DNA of 63,899 nt, the filler included, from Octopus bimaculoides (Eukaryota), in the NCBI RefSeq assembly GCF_001194135.2. It is 7 parts of 7 records of this genome, joined end to end, with 100 filler letters (N's around TTAATTAATTAA, not from the genome) between each part and the next. Parts side by side here need not be neighbours in the genome. Positions count along the whole stretch, not along the records: positions 21,395 to 34,238 come from NC_068982.1; positions 34,339 to 55,481 come from NC_069005.1; 5 more parts are not named here. The stretch is one strand, 5' to 3'. The notes beneath the pieces were generated by a model. It was not told where the DNA came from, did no database searches, and saw only the letters and a program-made list of their open reading frames with translations. The position numbers were made by a program, and so were the translations under genes. Shown here in pieces: positions 24,600-36,599 of this stretch (within the stretch, counting starts at the first letter, position 1; the number at the start of each line of letters is the position of its first letter).

Positions 24600-25060
24600 G
24601 AGAGCAAAACAACAAGAAAAACTACAACGCGAGGACACGGTGCATGCAAAACATTAATTAGACGGTCAGAGAAAGAATGAAACGGCGTTTTACGTTTCGA
24701 GCAAAGCTCTCTTTCAGACACAGAAGACAGAGGAAAGACCAGGAAGAAAGGAAGACGGAGGAAAAATGGTGAACAGTCCAGTAGTGATATATATATATAT
24801 AATCAATATGAGGATATTTAAATCTCTTACAGGAAGATTTTTATCCGAGATACATTGGTTTAGTATATTGTTTTTGAAAAGATATATCTTCAATGAATAT
24901 ACTGTATAAAATATCAAATATTATCATTAAGTTTGAAAACGGAGAGATGTAATGGATACAAATATAACGATGAAATTTTTCAAAAATATTTTATCAGTGG
25001 CCAGCAAATTTAAATACATTTCAAGGTGAAAATTATAAACAATTATAAACGAACTAAAGT
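24600..25060 (-). mobile_element. Probable 3' end / pseudo-LTR of a Penelope-like element with a degenerate hammerhead-like motif
   Basis: Minus-strand 24717-24678 reads CUGAAAGA-GAGC-UUU-GCUC-GAAACG-UAAAACGC-CGUUUC, the signature of PLE pseudo-LTRs. Flanking protein similarity is only weak. Confidence 0.5.
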
Positions 25061-25285
25061 CTATTTTTCAGCATATTGGCATAGACATTTTTTTCTTTTC
25101 CCTTATTTATAATCTTCTTTACTATAAGATTATAAATAAGCCATTAGTAATTAGACAGAGGAAAAGAGAAGGTGAATGAAATTGAATGAGAGTGAAAGAA
25201 AGAGATATTGAGGAAGATCGTCAGACCGTCACAACATATCAATAACGAAGGGTAATAAAGAGAGAGAAAAAGACAATAGTAGTGT

Positions 25286-25336
<51 letters not shown>

Positions 25337-25539
25337 TAGAGAAGTAGAGTTGAGAAGAAGAGGGCGAGAAAGAAAGACAGATACAGAGAGAGAGAGAGAG
25401 AGAGAGAGAACATATGCGTATGTAAAAGGAACATATGTGATTGTTTGTGTGTGCGTGTGTACTATGGAAGTGTAAGAGAATACTGAACAACAGCGTTTGT
25501 TGTCATAATGAAACTGAATTTTTTGGCAAACACTTTGTT

Positions 25540-27760
25540 TTTGACCTTTACATGCGAACCAAAATGACATGTGGGCCAGACGGCATTTGACCGACCAGAT
25601 ATCACTGCAAGAGTATTTAAAATTAAAGCAACAGTAACTATTTCTTTGGTAAGCCTATTGCTCATGTGATCACAGTGGAATCTCAAAAAAGAGGATTACC
25701 TCATTGCCATTTCTTATTCATAGTACAAAATCATCACAACATATGACAAGAAATTGATAACATTTTTACAGCTGAAATTCTTTATCCCGAAAACGCATCA
25801 ACGTCACATCTTTATTCCTTGATGAAGAAACACATGATACATGGACCCTGCAGTAAAAGATATCCAAAATATTACAAATCACAAATCTTAATTGGAAATG
25901 ATTCTTATCTACTATATCATCACCGAAAACATCGAGATGGTGGTTTCACATCTTCAATACGTATTGGAAATAGAGAAATTGTTGATAACCGTTATGTAGT
26001 TCTTTATGATGCTTGGTTGTTGCAGAAGTACGAGGTGCATATTAATCTTGAATAGTGAGCATCTATTGCGACTGTGAAATATCTTTATAAGTACATTTTC
26101 AAAGGTGTTGACCATGCACCAGTTTCTTTACACAGGCAAGAAGATGGCGTGCGTCTTAATGTTGGCAATGAAAATCAAATTTCGAATTGCGAAAATTGCC
26201 GCTATACTGGAGCATCAGAGGCTTGCTGGAGATTATTTGAGCTTCGAATTCAGTAAAAGGCAGCCTGCTGTTAAATGCTTGCCGATACACTTGCCAGATC
26301 AACAGATGATTGTGTTTAATCTGAATCATATACAAGATGCTTTAGCAAAATATAGATCGACCAAATTGACAGTATATTTCAAGATGAATGAAAAAGATCC
26401 CCTAGCAAAAGATATCCACTGCTGTGACTTTCCACAACATTATCCTTGGTGTAACAATAATAAAAGTTGGAGAAGAAGAGTTAGACAAAGTGACGTTATT
26501 CCAGAAGCTATTGGTAGAGTGTACGCAGTACAGCCATCGCAAGAGGCGCTATTTTATTTTAGACTATTACTTCAACATAAAGCGGGAGCGACAAGCTTTG
26601 AAAATTTAATCACAACAGTGTTGTTTGTGAAAATATCAAGCACGCATGTCGAATGATGAATCTATTAGAAAATGATCAAGAATGGGAACTTTGTCTAAAT
26701 GAGGCAAGAACAATATGTTCAGCGAATGATTTGCGAAATTTGTTTGTCAGTATTCTTCAGTTTTGTTTTCCATCCAGACCACTAGAACTATACAACATGT
26801 TTCGCGAAGATCTTTGCTAGGATTACTTCCATCAAACGAGGAAACATAATTTTTCTCATGAAGCAGCTTTGGATATTACCCTGAATGATATGCTGTGTGT
26901 ATTGGATGATCGCATGGGTCAACATGACCGTAGTACAATATTTTTTGGATTGCCCGCTGCTGTTCATGTTCTCCGAATGAATAATGTTCCACTTCATGAG
27001 GATGAGATGGATCGAAATGCAGAAGAATTTTTCAATGCTAACATCCATATGCTAAATAATGACCAGAGAATAATTTTTGAAAATATTCAACAGATGATAG
27101 AAATGAAGGTGGTTTGATATTCATTGATGCACCCGGGGGTACTGGCAAAACGTTTCTTCTTGGTATATTACTGTCTTATGTGTGCAAAAACAACCAACTA
27201 GCTATTGCTACAGCGTCATCAAGCATTGCTGCGACACTATTGAAGCTAGGTTGCACTGCTCACTCTCGATTCAAGCCCCCTCCCCATACTGGTAAACTGT
27301 CATTCAAAATTCAAAATATCCCCTCTTGAAGTTATTGGCTGTTTGCTTTATGATGCACGATTGATTGTTTCGGACGAGGCATCCATGTGTCATCGTTATC
27401 TTTTTGAAGCGTTGAATCGAACAGTGAAGAATGTAATGAACAACGACTTGATCTTTGGCGGCAAACTGATAATTTAAGGTGGTGATTTCTGTCAAATTCT
27501 TCCAGTGGTTCGAAGAGCACAGAGGTCTTCTCTAATTGGAGCATGTTTGAAAAAAATCCGTAATTTGGCACGAATGCGAAGTACTTCATCTCACCACTAA
27601 TATGAGAGTGCAAAACTATCTCAGCAATAATGATACAACCTCTCAAGCTCTACTGGCATATCATTCTGTTTGGTTATTGCAAGTTGGTAATAGAAGAATC
27701 CTCAATGTTCAAAGACAATTATTTGATGATGTAATAGAGATTCGTACGTATACAGACTTT
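25540..27760 (+). mobile_element. Decayed Helitron RepHel gene (HUH Rep domain + PIF1-family helicase)
   Basis: DRPDITARVF; FGKPIAHVITVESQKRGLPHCHFL (HUH, 25702-25710); YLYKYIFKG; RYTGASEACWRLF; IGRVYAV.P..FYFRLLL..GATSFENL; FIDAPGGTGKT (Walker A); LIVSDEASM (Walker B); GGDFCQILPVV. Multiple stops and frameshifts. Confidence 0.93.
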
Positions 27761-27859
27761 CTCCCTCGTTCTTTTGTGTGTGTGTGTGTGTGCGTACAGC
27801 AGTGTATTCATGTGTGTGTACATATAGTTAACTCTCAACTGTCATCTTAATTTGTCTTT

Positions 27860-28560
27860 TGTGTTCTTTCCCATTTCTCCTTCCTTGATTTCCCACTAAG
27901 ATCTTTTATTACTCAATTTATTTCTCATAAACAATACATTTTCAACTCAGGAAGAACTGATCCTCTAGCATTGACGCCACATAAACTTTAATGAGATTAA
28001 AATATACTATTCTCCTGCAACTAAACTTTGAGTATATTGATAACAAAATGAAACCACGCACATATCTAACTCACTGAAGTCATAGGCAAGTAAGGCATAC
28101 CTATTTTTTTTTGTTTTTTTTTTATTCTTTACTAATTCTAATTATGTACTCCAGCTTTTTTCCCGTTAGAATGTTTTTGTGTTCTATTCAGCTACGGATT
28201 ATCATCAACAACAAAAGCTCCATGTACCTGACGAGAAGCTATATTGGCCAATTACAGGACATACGTAATATTATGTAACATATATCAAATGTGTTTTAGA
28301 AACAATAGTAGTACACAACGACGTGTCCCATCCCATTTATTTACAGATTTGGTTCACATTATGAATAGCCTTTCTTGCTTTCAAAATGGCGTTGCATAAC
28401 ACCTGTTATCTTATCGGAATTTTCTGTCTAATCTCGATATGGAACGAGCTGAACTTGATGCTTTGAATAATTAATTTATTGATCAACTATTGCGCCATCC
28501 TTGTTCTCCACGAAAACCGTGTTTATACTAGGGACTAACAAACTGCGTCTTGCCATGATC
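27860..28560 (-). mobile_element. Very old Penelope-like RT relic (tentative)
   Basis: Minus-strand patches ENKDGAIVDQ*INYSKHQVQL (cf. ADKGGAIV..DY...QL) and LCGVNARGSVLPEL (cf. G.AMGS.L.P). Confidence 0.3.
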
Positions 28561-28614
28561 AGTCCACTGATGCTTTTACAATATTATCATATACATAAAT
28601 ATACAGCGGGTGTA

Positions 28615-28932
28615 TTTCATTTTCGTCAACCAAATCCATTGACAAGGCTTTAGTCGGTCCGGGGCTATAGTGGAAGATACTTATCAAAGGTGGCATGCAA
28701 TGGGACTGAAGCTATTTATCTTTACAACCAGCTCGTTTTTGTACCCTCCTCAGCGACGGAATATTTTCAACATAAAAAACCCCATGTATCTGATTTAGGG
28801 AGACGAAAATGTTATAGATTGAGCTGGTTGAGTGAATCTTGTCTGTAGTTCAAGTGGTACAGCTGCGTGGTATCTTGGGCAAGTGTTTTCTACTATAGCC
28901 TTGGCCCGACCAAAGCCTTGTGAGTCGATTTG
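28615..28932. mobile_element. Divergent pair of family-B SINE 5' halves (minus about 28615-28710, plus about 28850-28932)
   Basis: gacaaggctttagtcggtccggggctatagtggaagatac and its complement gtgttttctactatagccttggcccgaccaaagccttgtg. Confidence 0.7.
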
Positions 28933-31043
28933 GTAGACGGAAACTGAAAGAANNNNNNNNNNNNNNNNNNNNNNNNNNNNNNNNNNNNNNNNNNNNNNNN
29001 NNNNNNNNNNNNNNNNNNNNNNNNNNNNNNNNNNNNNNNNNNNNNNNNNNNNGTTAAGAGAAACATTTATTTTTGCTAGTATTAGTCATTTCAAAACGCG
29101 CACTCTGCTCTATTTTTGCCTTCCAAATAAAGGGTTAATAGAGCAAATATTGAATTTAGGAAGAAAAAACATTTTAGATTTTATTCCAGTCAAATGAGGT
29201 AAAGAATCAATAAATTTAATCTTTAAACAGCGTACACACATACACCCGCACATACACACTGATACATACGCGCACACACATTCATTTCACATAGATAATA
29301 CACTTGTATATATATATATATATCTGCGTTCTTTTGAAGCTACCAAGGAACAGTGCAATGTATATTCGTGTGCATGTATATATANNNNNNNNNNNNNNNN
29401 NNNNNNNNNNNNNNNNNNNNNNNNNNNNNNNNNNNNNNNNNNNNNNNNNNNNNNNNNNNNNNNNNNNNNNNNNNNNNNNNNNNNNNNNNNNNNNNNNNNN
29501 NNNNNNNNNNNNNNNNNNNNNNNNNNNNNNNNNNNNNNNNNNNNNNNNNNNNNNNNNNNNNNNNNNNNNNNNNNNNNNNNNNNNNNNNNNNNNNNNNNNN
29601 NNNNNNNNNNNNNNNNNNNNNNNNNNNNNNNNNNNNNNNNNNNNNNNNNNNNNNNNNNNNNNNNNNNNNNNNNNNNNNNNNNNNNNNNNNNNNNNNNNNN
29701 NNNNNNNNNNNNNNNNNNNNNNNNNNNNNNNNNNNNNNNNNNNNNNNNNNNNNNNNNNNNNNNNNNNNNNNNNNNNNNNNNNNNNNNNNNNNNNNNNNNN
29801 NNNNNNNNNNNNNNNNNNNNNNNNNNNNNNNNNNNNNNNNNNNNNNNNNNNNNNNNNNNNNNNNNNNNNNNNNNNNNNNNNNNNNNNNNNNNNNNNNNNN
29901 NNNNNNNNNNNNNNNNNNNNNNNNNNNNNNNNNNNNNNNNNNNNNNNNNNNNNNNNNNNNNNNNNNNNNNNNNNNNNNNNNNNNNNNNNNNNNNNNNNNN
30001 NNNNNNNNNNNNNNNNNNNNNNNNNNNNNNNNNNNNNNNNNNNNNNNNNNNNNNNNNNNNNNNNNNNNNNNNNNNNNNNNNNNNNNNNNNNNNNNNNNNN
30101 NNNNNNNNNNNNNNNNNNNNNNNNNNNNNNNNNNNNNNNNNNNNNNNNNNNNNNNNNNNNNNNNNNNNNNNNNNNNNTATATATATATATATACATATAT
30201 ATATGTATGTATATATATCAATGTGATGCGTGTGTATGCATATATGTCAATACGAAAGGAAGAAAAAAGTAGAAAATGTACATGAACTAGACGTGTGTGT
30301 GATAGAGATAAAGATAGGGAGAGAGAGAGAGAGAGAGTGAGAGGGAGAGAGTGAGATTGAGAAAGAGAGAAAGACAGAGAGATTGGTTTAAGTTAAAGTC
30401 AATAAAGGACAAAGCAAGAGACATCTATGTCTGTGTTGTTTCTTCATTGTGTCTGTACGTGCGTTTGTGATTGCATTCTTCTTCCATGGAGACACAAGTC
30501 TTTTGATTAAACACATTAAGACAATTTGATCTTCAATAAATTCCGACCTCACCGATGTCCCATGTGTGAAGTAAAAAACTAAATCACATTGTCAGTATTA
30601 ATAGGCATTAAAGATATAAGAATCAGACACTTGGCTGACATTAAAATTCTCTGTTTTTTTTTAAACCGCGAGCAAGCCTCTATATTTAATTCTTTTCTGT
30701 ATCCGAGGTATAATAAGACCAGTGTAAATGTTCCGTTTGTTTAGTGTGCAGTTTCACTCCTAAGCAGCAGCGTTAACAACGTATCTTTCTTTTGAGATAT
30801 GCTTCGTGTAGGTTATTATCGGCAATCCAGCGAAGCAACAGAACGAAGAGCGTCTCAGTTAGACATGTCAGCGACATGGAGAGGTTGCAAAAGTCAAGAT
30901 AGAACGAAGGCGGTAAAGCCATGCAGTGATATACACCTGGAATACCCTGGAAAGAGTTTTACACAGATTTTGACATTGAGATAGCAGAACGAGGCGCCTT
31001 TCCATAATGCCAAATATCCAAACACTGCCGTCAGTTTAGAAGT

Positions 31044-31106
<63 letters not shown>

Positions 31107-31134
31107 GTCTGTCTAAACAGAGAGAATCTATTTA

Positions 31135-31397
31135 TTAATCAACATATTCACCAACAATTGTTTAATTTCACAAACGAAATTAAAATTACTAAACATATAA
31201 TTAATTCCATAATTTTGCATTTTAAATACTTTGTTTGGTAAATCATCAGGGTTTACAGAGGCCAATAAGGATTACATTGTCTTCTGCACGCCCTGATGAT
31301 TTTGCAAGCAAGGTATTTAAAATGCAAAATTATATATCTATATATCTTTTGTAATTTTGATTATGTTGAAACAGTTGTTGATGAATATGTTGATTAA
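31135..31397. mobile_element. Small fold-back element / MITE (about 115-nt arms, about 37-nt spacer)
   Basis: ttaatcaacatattcaccaacaattgttt..ataattttgcattttaaatactttgtttggtaaatcatcaggg pairs with ccctgatgattttgcaagcaaggtatttaaaatgcaaaattat..aaacagttgttgatgaatatgttgattaa. Confidence 0.8.
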
Positions 31398-31482
31398 TTA
31401 ATGAATTAATTTGTATCCATTAGATCACTCTGTTTTCTAACTCGATATATACACCCCCCCCCACATATATATATACATACAA

Positions 31483-31517
<35 letters not shown>

Positions 31518-31959
31518 NNNNNNNNNNNNNNNNNNNNNNNNNNNNNNNNNNNNNNNNNNNNNNNNNNNNNNNNNNNNNNNNNNNNNNNNNNNNNNNNNNN
31601 NNNNNNNNNNNNNNNNNNNNNNNNNNNNNNNNNNNNNNNNNNNNNNNNNNNNNNNNNNNNNNNNNNNNNNNNNNNNNNNNNNNNNNNNNNNNNNNNNNNN
31701 NNNNNNNNNNNNNNNNNNNNNNNNNNNNNNNNNNNNNNNNNNNNNNNNNNNNNNNNNNNNNNNNNNNNNNNNNNNNNNNNNNNNNNNNNNNNNNNNNNNN
31801 NNNNNNNNNNNNNNNNNNNNNNNNNNNNNNNNNNNNNNNNNNNNNNNNNNNNNNNNNNNNNNNNNNNNNNNNNNNNNNNNNNNNNNNNNNNNNNNNNNNN
31901 NNNNNNNNNNNNNNNNNNNATTGAGAAAAGAAGTCGTCAGAATTTTGGAAAAAAAAATC

Positions 31960-32170
31960 ATTTTATTTCTTCATTATTATTAGCGCTTTCGTTCGTTTCT
32001 CGAACTTCTCAAATAAAATTTTGTGAATGTACTAACAGCTTGCTCATTTATATATATAAAACAGATGTTTTTGGGGCCGTTTTGTTTAGAAGAGAGCATT
32101 GTTTTTATTTGGGGGTGGGGTCCGTGACAATGGAGATGGATAGATAGAAATATAGGTAGGTAGATAGGGT

Positions 32171-32211
<41 letters not shown>

Positions 32212-34238
32212 TCAGACAGATAGACAGAGAGCGAGAGAGAGACAGACAGACAGAGAGAGAGAGATAGAGACAGAGAGAGAAAGAGAGAGAGAGAGAGAGA
32301 AGTGGTATAGAGATTGGGGACATCAAAACTTGTGAGTATAGTGCCTTCATCCATACTGGGAGGGATGTGTTGGATGAAATCTATGCCATCCGGTACATGA
32401 CTGGGTATTAAAGGGCACAAAAGGTTTTAGGAGTATATCTATCGAAAAAATGACTTAGTTGTTGTGTTGGTGTTTGAGTTCCAGCAAATATTGGTCTTAG
32501 TTTGAGGTCAACACGCCTTTGTATTTTTACGTACTGGTTCTTCTGCTTATTTATGGCACTTGTATTTCGGAGCTTTTGTGGATTTGGGGTAATCGGTAGA
32601 AATTGCTCTCTTTGATTACAGAGTTGCATTTATTATCTTTCTCCTTGTCTGTGAAGGAATCTTAGAATTCATTGATTAGTCTTCTGATTTTATTCATTAT
32701 TGTTTTTTTCTGAGTGTCTTAGTTCATGCTTGTAGTAGGTTTGGTTTGTTAACATTTCCAATATTTTATCTTTATAATAGTCCTTGTCCATGATTACTAT
32801 CGCCCCTCCCTTATCGGCTTCTTTTAGGATGATTGAGTTGACATTCTTCAGTGTTTGTAGGGCTTCCTTTTTTTCTTCACGAAGGTTTTGTTTGCATCTG
32901 TGTTTATATACGCGTCTAAATATTTGTCCTTTCCCTTGTAGAGGGTTTTATTTCTGACTATTGATTCATCATTTAAATCCTTATTGCTGAAGAATTCTAT
33001 GAGTCGGAGGTGGCGGTTGAAGTGTTCAATATCAGATTTCAGTTCAATGAGATTAGGCGTTGGTGTCGGGGTAAACTTGAAACCTTTTAATAGAAGGTTC
33101 ATCTCATTTCTGTTGAGGTTCCTATTTGACAAATTTATGATCTTCGGATCTATATGTTCTGTGTTCATTTAAATTTTGTGTATTTTCGGGTCCGGTGAGC
33201 GATTTTGGTATTTTATCCCTAAAAAAAAAGGAATTGTGTTACCGTGGCTCCATTTTCTGATTTCGGGGTTCTGGTTTCCATGTAGGCGGGAGGATGGTTC
33301 ATATCTTCCATGCATTTTTCGCCATTCAGGATATATGGGGCTTTTGGTCGTAAATCGTGGGTTGCTTGAGTTGTCATGATGATTATGAATCCGATTATAA
33401 TACCTGTGCTGTCTGTATTTTATTTGTCTTTCTTCCCATGAATTTTTCCATTTAGGGTACATGTTATTACCGGTTGGTGGTTGCCTCTATGTTATTTGTC
33501 TTTCACGTCTTTTTCCTTTCCTTTTATCCATCAATGGAGTTTGGACTTATGGGTTGATGGTTGTTTTCTATATTTCATGTGTTGGCTGTTTGCAGTGTTA
33601 TAAATTGTAGAGTATGGGGTTCTAGTCTGTACTTGGGGTGAGATGGAGGTCATTTCCGCTTATGTTCTTGGGTAATTAGAGGTTCGATACCTAAGTCCGG
33701 TTCCTCTGGGGTTAGTATCTATGTTTGTTTTCGATTTCCTCGTATTTCTTTGTTGTTGTAGTTTCGTTTTGATAATGGATTTGTCTCCATAGTTTTTTTT
33801 CAAAGTTAGTGAACCACTCTTGTTGTTTTTCCTATACTTTTATGGATTTTTCTTCTTCCCGTTTTTTGTCTTCTTCCCATAGTTTTTGCAGTTTTCATGA
33901 CATTGATTGTCACTCCGCTCAGCAATTTCAGCAAACATAACTGTGTCAATTTTTCTACTTTCTCTTCGTGTCTTATTTTTCGTGATTGTAGAAGAGCGAT
34001 TTCTGTTTCCAGTCGGCATAAAGCTAAATTCGCACGTATCTTTGTCTCATCCAGTGATTCACTTCTTATTTGTTTAACAAGAAATTTTTTTTTGGGGGGG
34101 GGAGGATTAGGCTTTCTTTGCTTCGCCATTTCTGGTAGGTGTTTGCTATATTGTTGCAACGAATGCTTTTCCAATATGCATGTTTTCTTTGATTAAGGAG
34201 TTTCTTTCAGAGATGTTGTTTCAAGTAAGTTGGCTCTT
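31960..34238 (-). mobile_element. Penelope-like retroelement (N-terminal region + RT), frameshifted and 3'-truncated
   Basis: IINLSNRNLNRNEMNLLLKGFKFTPTP..FNRHLRLIEFF; LKEADKGGAIVIMDKDYY; LRPIFAGTQTPTQQLSHFFD; SFDVPNLYT (RT motif A). No YVDD or GIY-YIG domain is visible. Confidence 0.9.
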
Positions 34239-34477
34239 NNNNNNNNNNNNNNNNNNNNNNNNNNNNNNNNNNNNNNNNNNNNTTAATTAATTAANNNNNN
34301 NNNNNNNNNNNNNNNNNNNNNNNNNNNNNNNNNNNNNNTAGGCTTCCAAAGACTAAGTCCTGGGGTCGAGTTGCTCGACTAAAGGCGGTGCTCCAGCATG
34401 GCCACAGTCAAAAGACTGAAACAAGTAAAAGAGTAAAAGAGTATATAGATAGATAGATAGATAGATAGATATATATA

Positions 34478-34530
<53 letters not shown>

Positions 34531-35127
34531 GCATACAAATATACATATATGCACATATATATATATTTATTTGTTTGTTTGTTTGTTTGTTTATTTCAAT
34601 CAGCTGCTTGTTTTTGCTTTCAAGTGTATATTGTACTTCCAACTCACGATAGTTTGTTTTCGTGTTTTTTCTTTTTTGCTCTAAACCTGATTTGGTCGTT
34701 ATATTGAGTACGTTTTTAATTGTCCATTTCTTTGATAATGCGATCGACCTCGTACAACGCGTGTGCATGTGTTGTGGGTGTGTGGGGGTGTCTGTATACG
34801 TGTGTGCATGTGTGAAAGCATGTGTTTGCGTATGGGGGTGTGTGTGTGTGTGTGTACGAGCATCAAAGGAATCCGCCATTAAAAAAGGACTCTATCTTAT
34901 GCCAAACAATGTACGTTCAATTCATTCTGTTTCCGTACAATCTGGCCATTTGTTTCAACTAACGCATCATCAGAGCATACTAAACGCGCCAAATTAATAA
35001 GCTCGTTAGAAATCCTTTTATTAGAGTAAAAATAACATTGATAAAACACAGCTATTATCTCATTTTTTTCTTCTATCTTATCCTTTATTCGCTTGTTTCT
35101 CTCTCTTCCTGCACTTTAATCTACAGT

Positions 35128-35192
<65 letters not shown>

Positions 35193-35284
35193 TAGTTTTA
35201 TTTTTATAACGTGCTTTCACTTCACTAGCGAGCGCAGATCTGTGTGCCTTGGGTAATTATTATTATTATTATTGTTGTTGTTGT

Positions 35285-35500
35285 TGTAAGGCGAGCTGGC
35301 AGAATTGTTAGCGCAATGGACGAAATGCTTAGCGGCGTTTCGTTCATCCTTTCGCTCTGAGTTCCAATTTTGCTTTTCATCCTTTCGGGGGTCGATAAAT
35401 TAGGTACCAGTGAAACTCTGGGGTCGATATAATCGACTAGTCCACTCCCACCAAAATTTCAGGCCTTGTGCCTTTAGTAGAAAGGATTGTTGTTGTTGTT
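35285..35500 (+). mobile_element. Family-A SINE with (GTT)n tail
   Basis: ggcgagctggcagaattgttagc..aaatttcaggccttgtgcctttagtagaaaggattgttgtt. Confidence 0.85.
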
Positions 35501-35935
35501 GTTGTTGTTGTNNNNNNNNNNNNNNNNNNNNNNNNNNNNNNNNNNNNNNNNNNNNNNNNNNNNNNNNNNNNNNNNNNNNNNNNNNNNNNNNNNNNNNNNN
35601 NNNNNNNNNNNNNNNNNNNNNNNNNNNNNNNNNNNNNNNNNNNNNNNNNNNNNNNNNNNNNNNNNNNNNNNNNNNNNNNNNNNNNNNNNNNNNNNNNNNN
35701 NNNNNNNNNNNNNNNNNNNNNNNNNNNNNNNNNNNNNNNNNNNNNNNNNNNNNNNNNNNNNNNNNNNNNNNNNNNNNNNNNNNNNNNNNNNNNNNNNNNN
35801 NNNNNNNNNNNNNNNNNNNCGACTAGACCATCTCCCACAAATTTCAGGTCTTGTCCCTATATATATATATATGTATGTATGTATGTACACACAGACACAC
35901 ATATATGTAAACGCATAATATCACATATCTACGTA

Positions 35936-36360
35936 GAGGGCGGTGAGCTAGCAGAATCGTTAGAGCGCCGAGCGAAATGCTTAGCGGTATTTCGTCTGCC
36001 GCTACGTTCTGAGTTCAAATTCCGCCGAGGTCGATTTTACCTTTCAACATCGCTTGACAACCGATGTTTGCGTAATTACATCCCCGTAAATTAGCGGTTT
36101 GGCAAAAGAGAAAGATAGATTAAGTACTAGGCTTACGAAGAATAAGTCCCGGTGTCAATTGATTCGACTAAAGGTGGTGCTCCAGCATGGCCGCAGTCAT
36201 ATGACTGACTGAAAGAGGCAAAAGAATGAAAGTTTCCATCTACCAAATCCACTCAGCCCGAGGCTACAGTAGAAGACACTTGCCGAAGGTGCCACACAGT
36301 GGGACTGAACCCGGAACCGTGTGGCTGGGAAGCAGGCTTCTTACCACTCAGCCACTCCTG
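35936..36360. mobile_element. SINE mosaic: family-A head + family-B 3' half + inverted family-B head
   Basis: Family-A consensus to about 36045, abrupt switch to catcgcttgacaaccgatg (B), tail ending gaggcaaaagaatgaaag, then the reverse-complement B head at 36233-36360. Confidence 0.8.
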
Positions 36361-36599
36361 TGTTACATTGTCTCTGATGTATTATATCTACATGAAATCG
36401 CATCTCATATTACAGTCGTATCTATACGCATAACATTATATATGATATAAATGTATGCATGTGCATGACTTTATGACTGTAAACGTTCGCACACCTCTGT
36501 GTGTGTGTGTATGTGTGATTATCGTGCAGCCATTGTTGCTTGTGCATTTGGCCAAACGCTGCAGCAAGCACATTTTCGTTCTCTTTGGTTCCACAGTGT

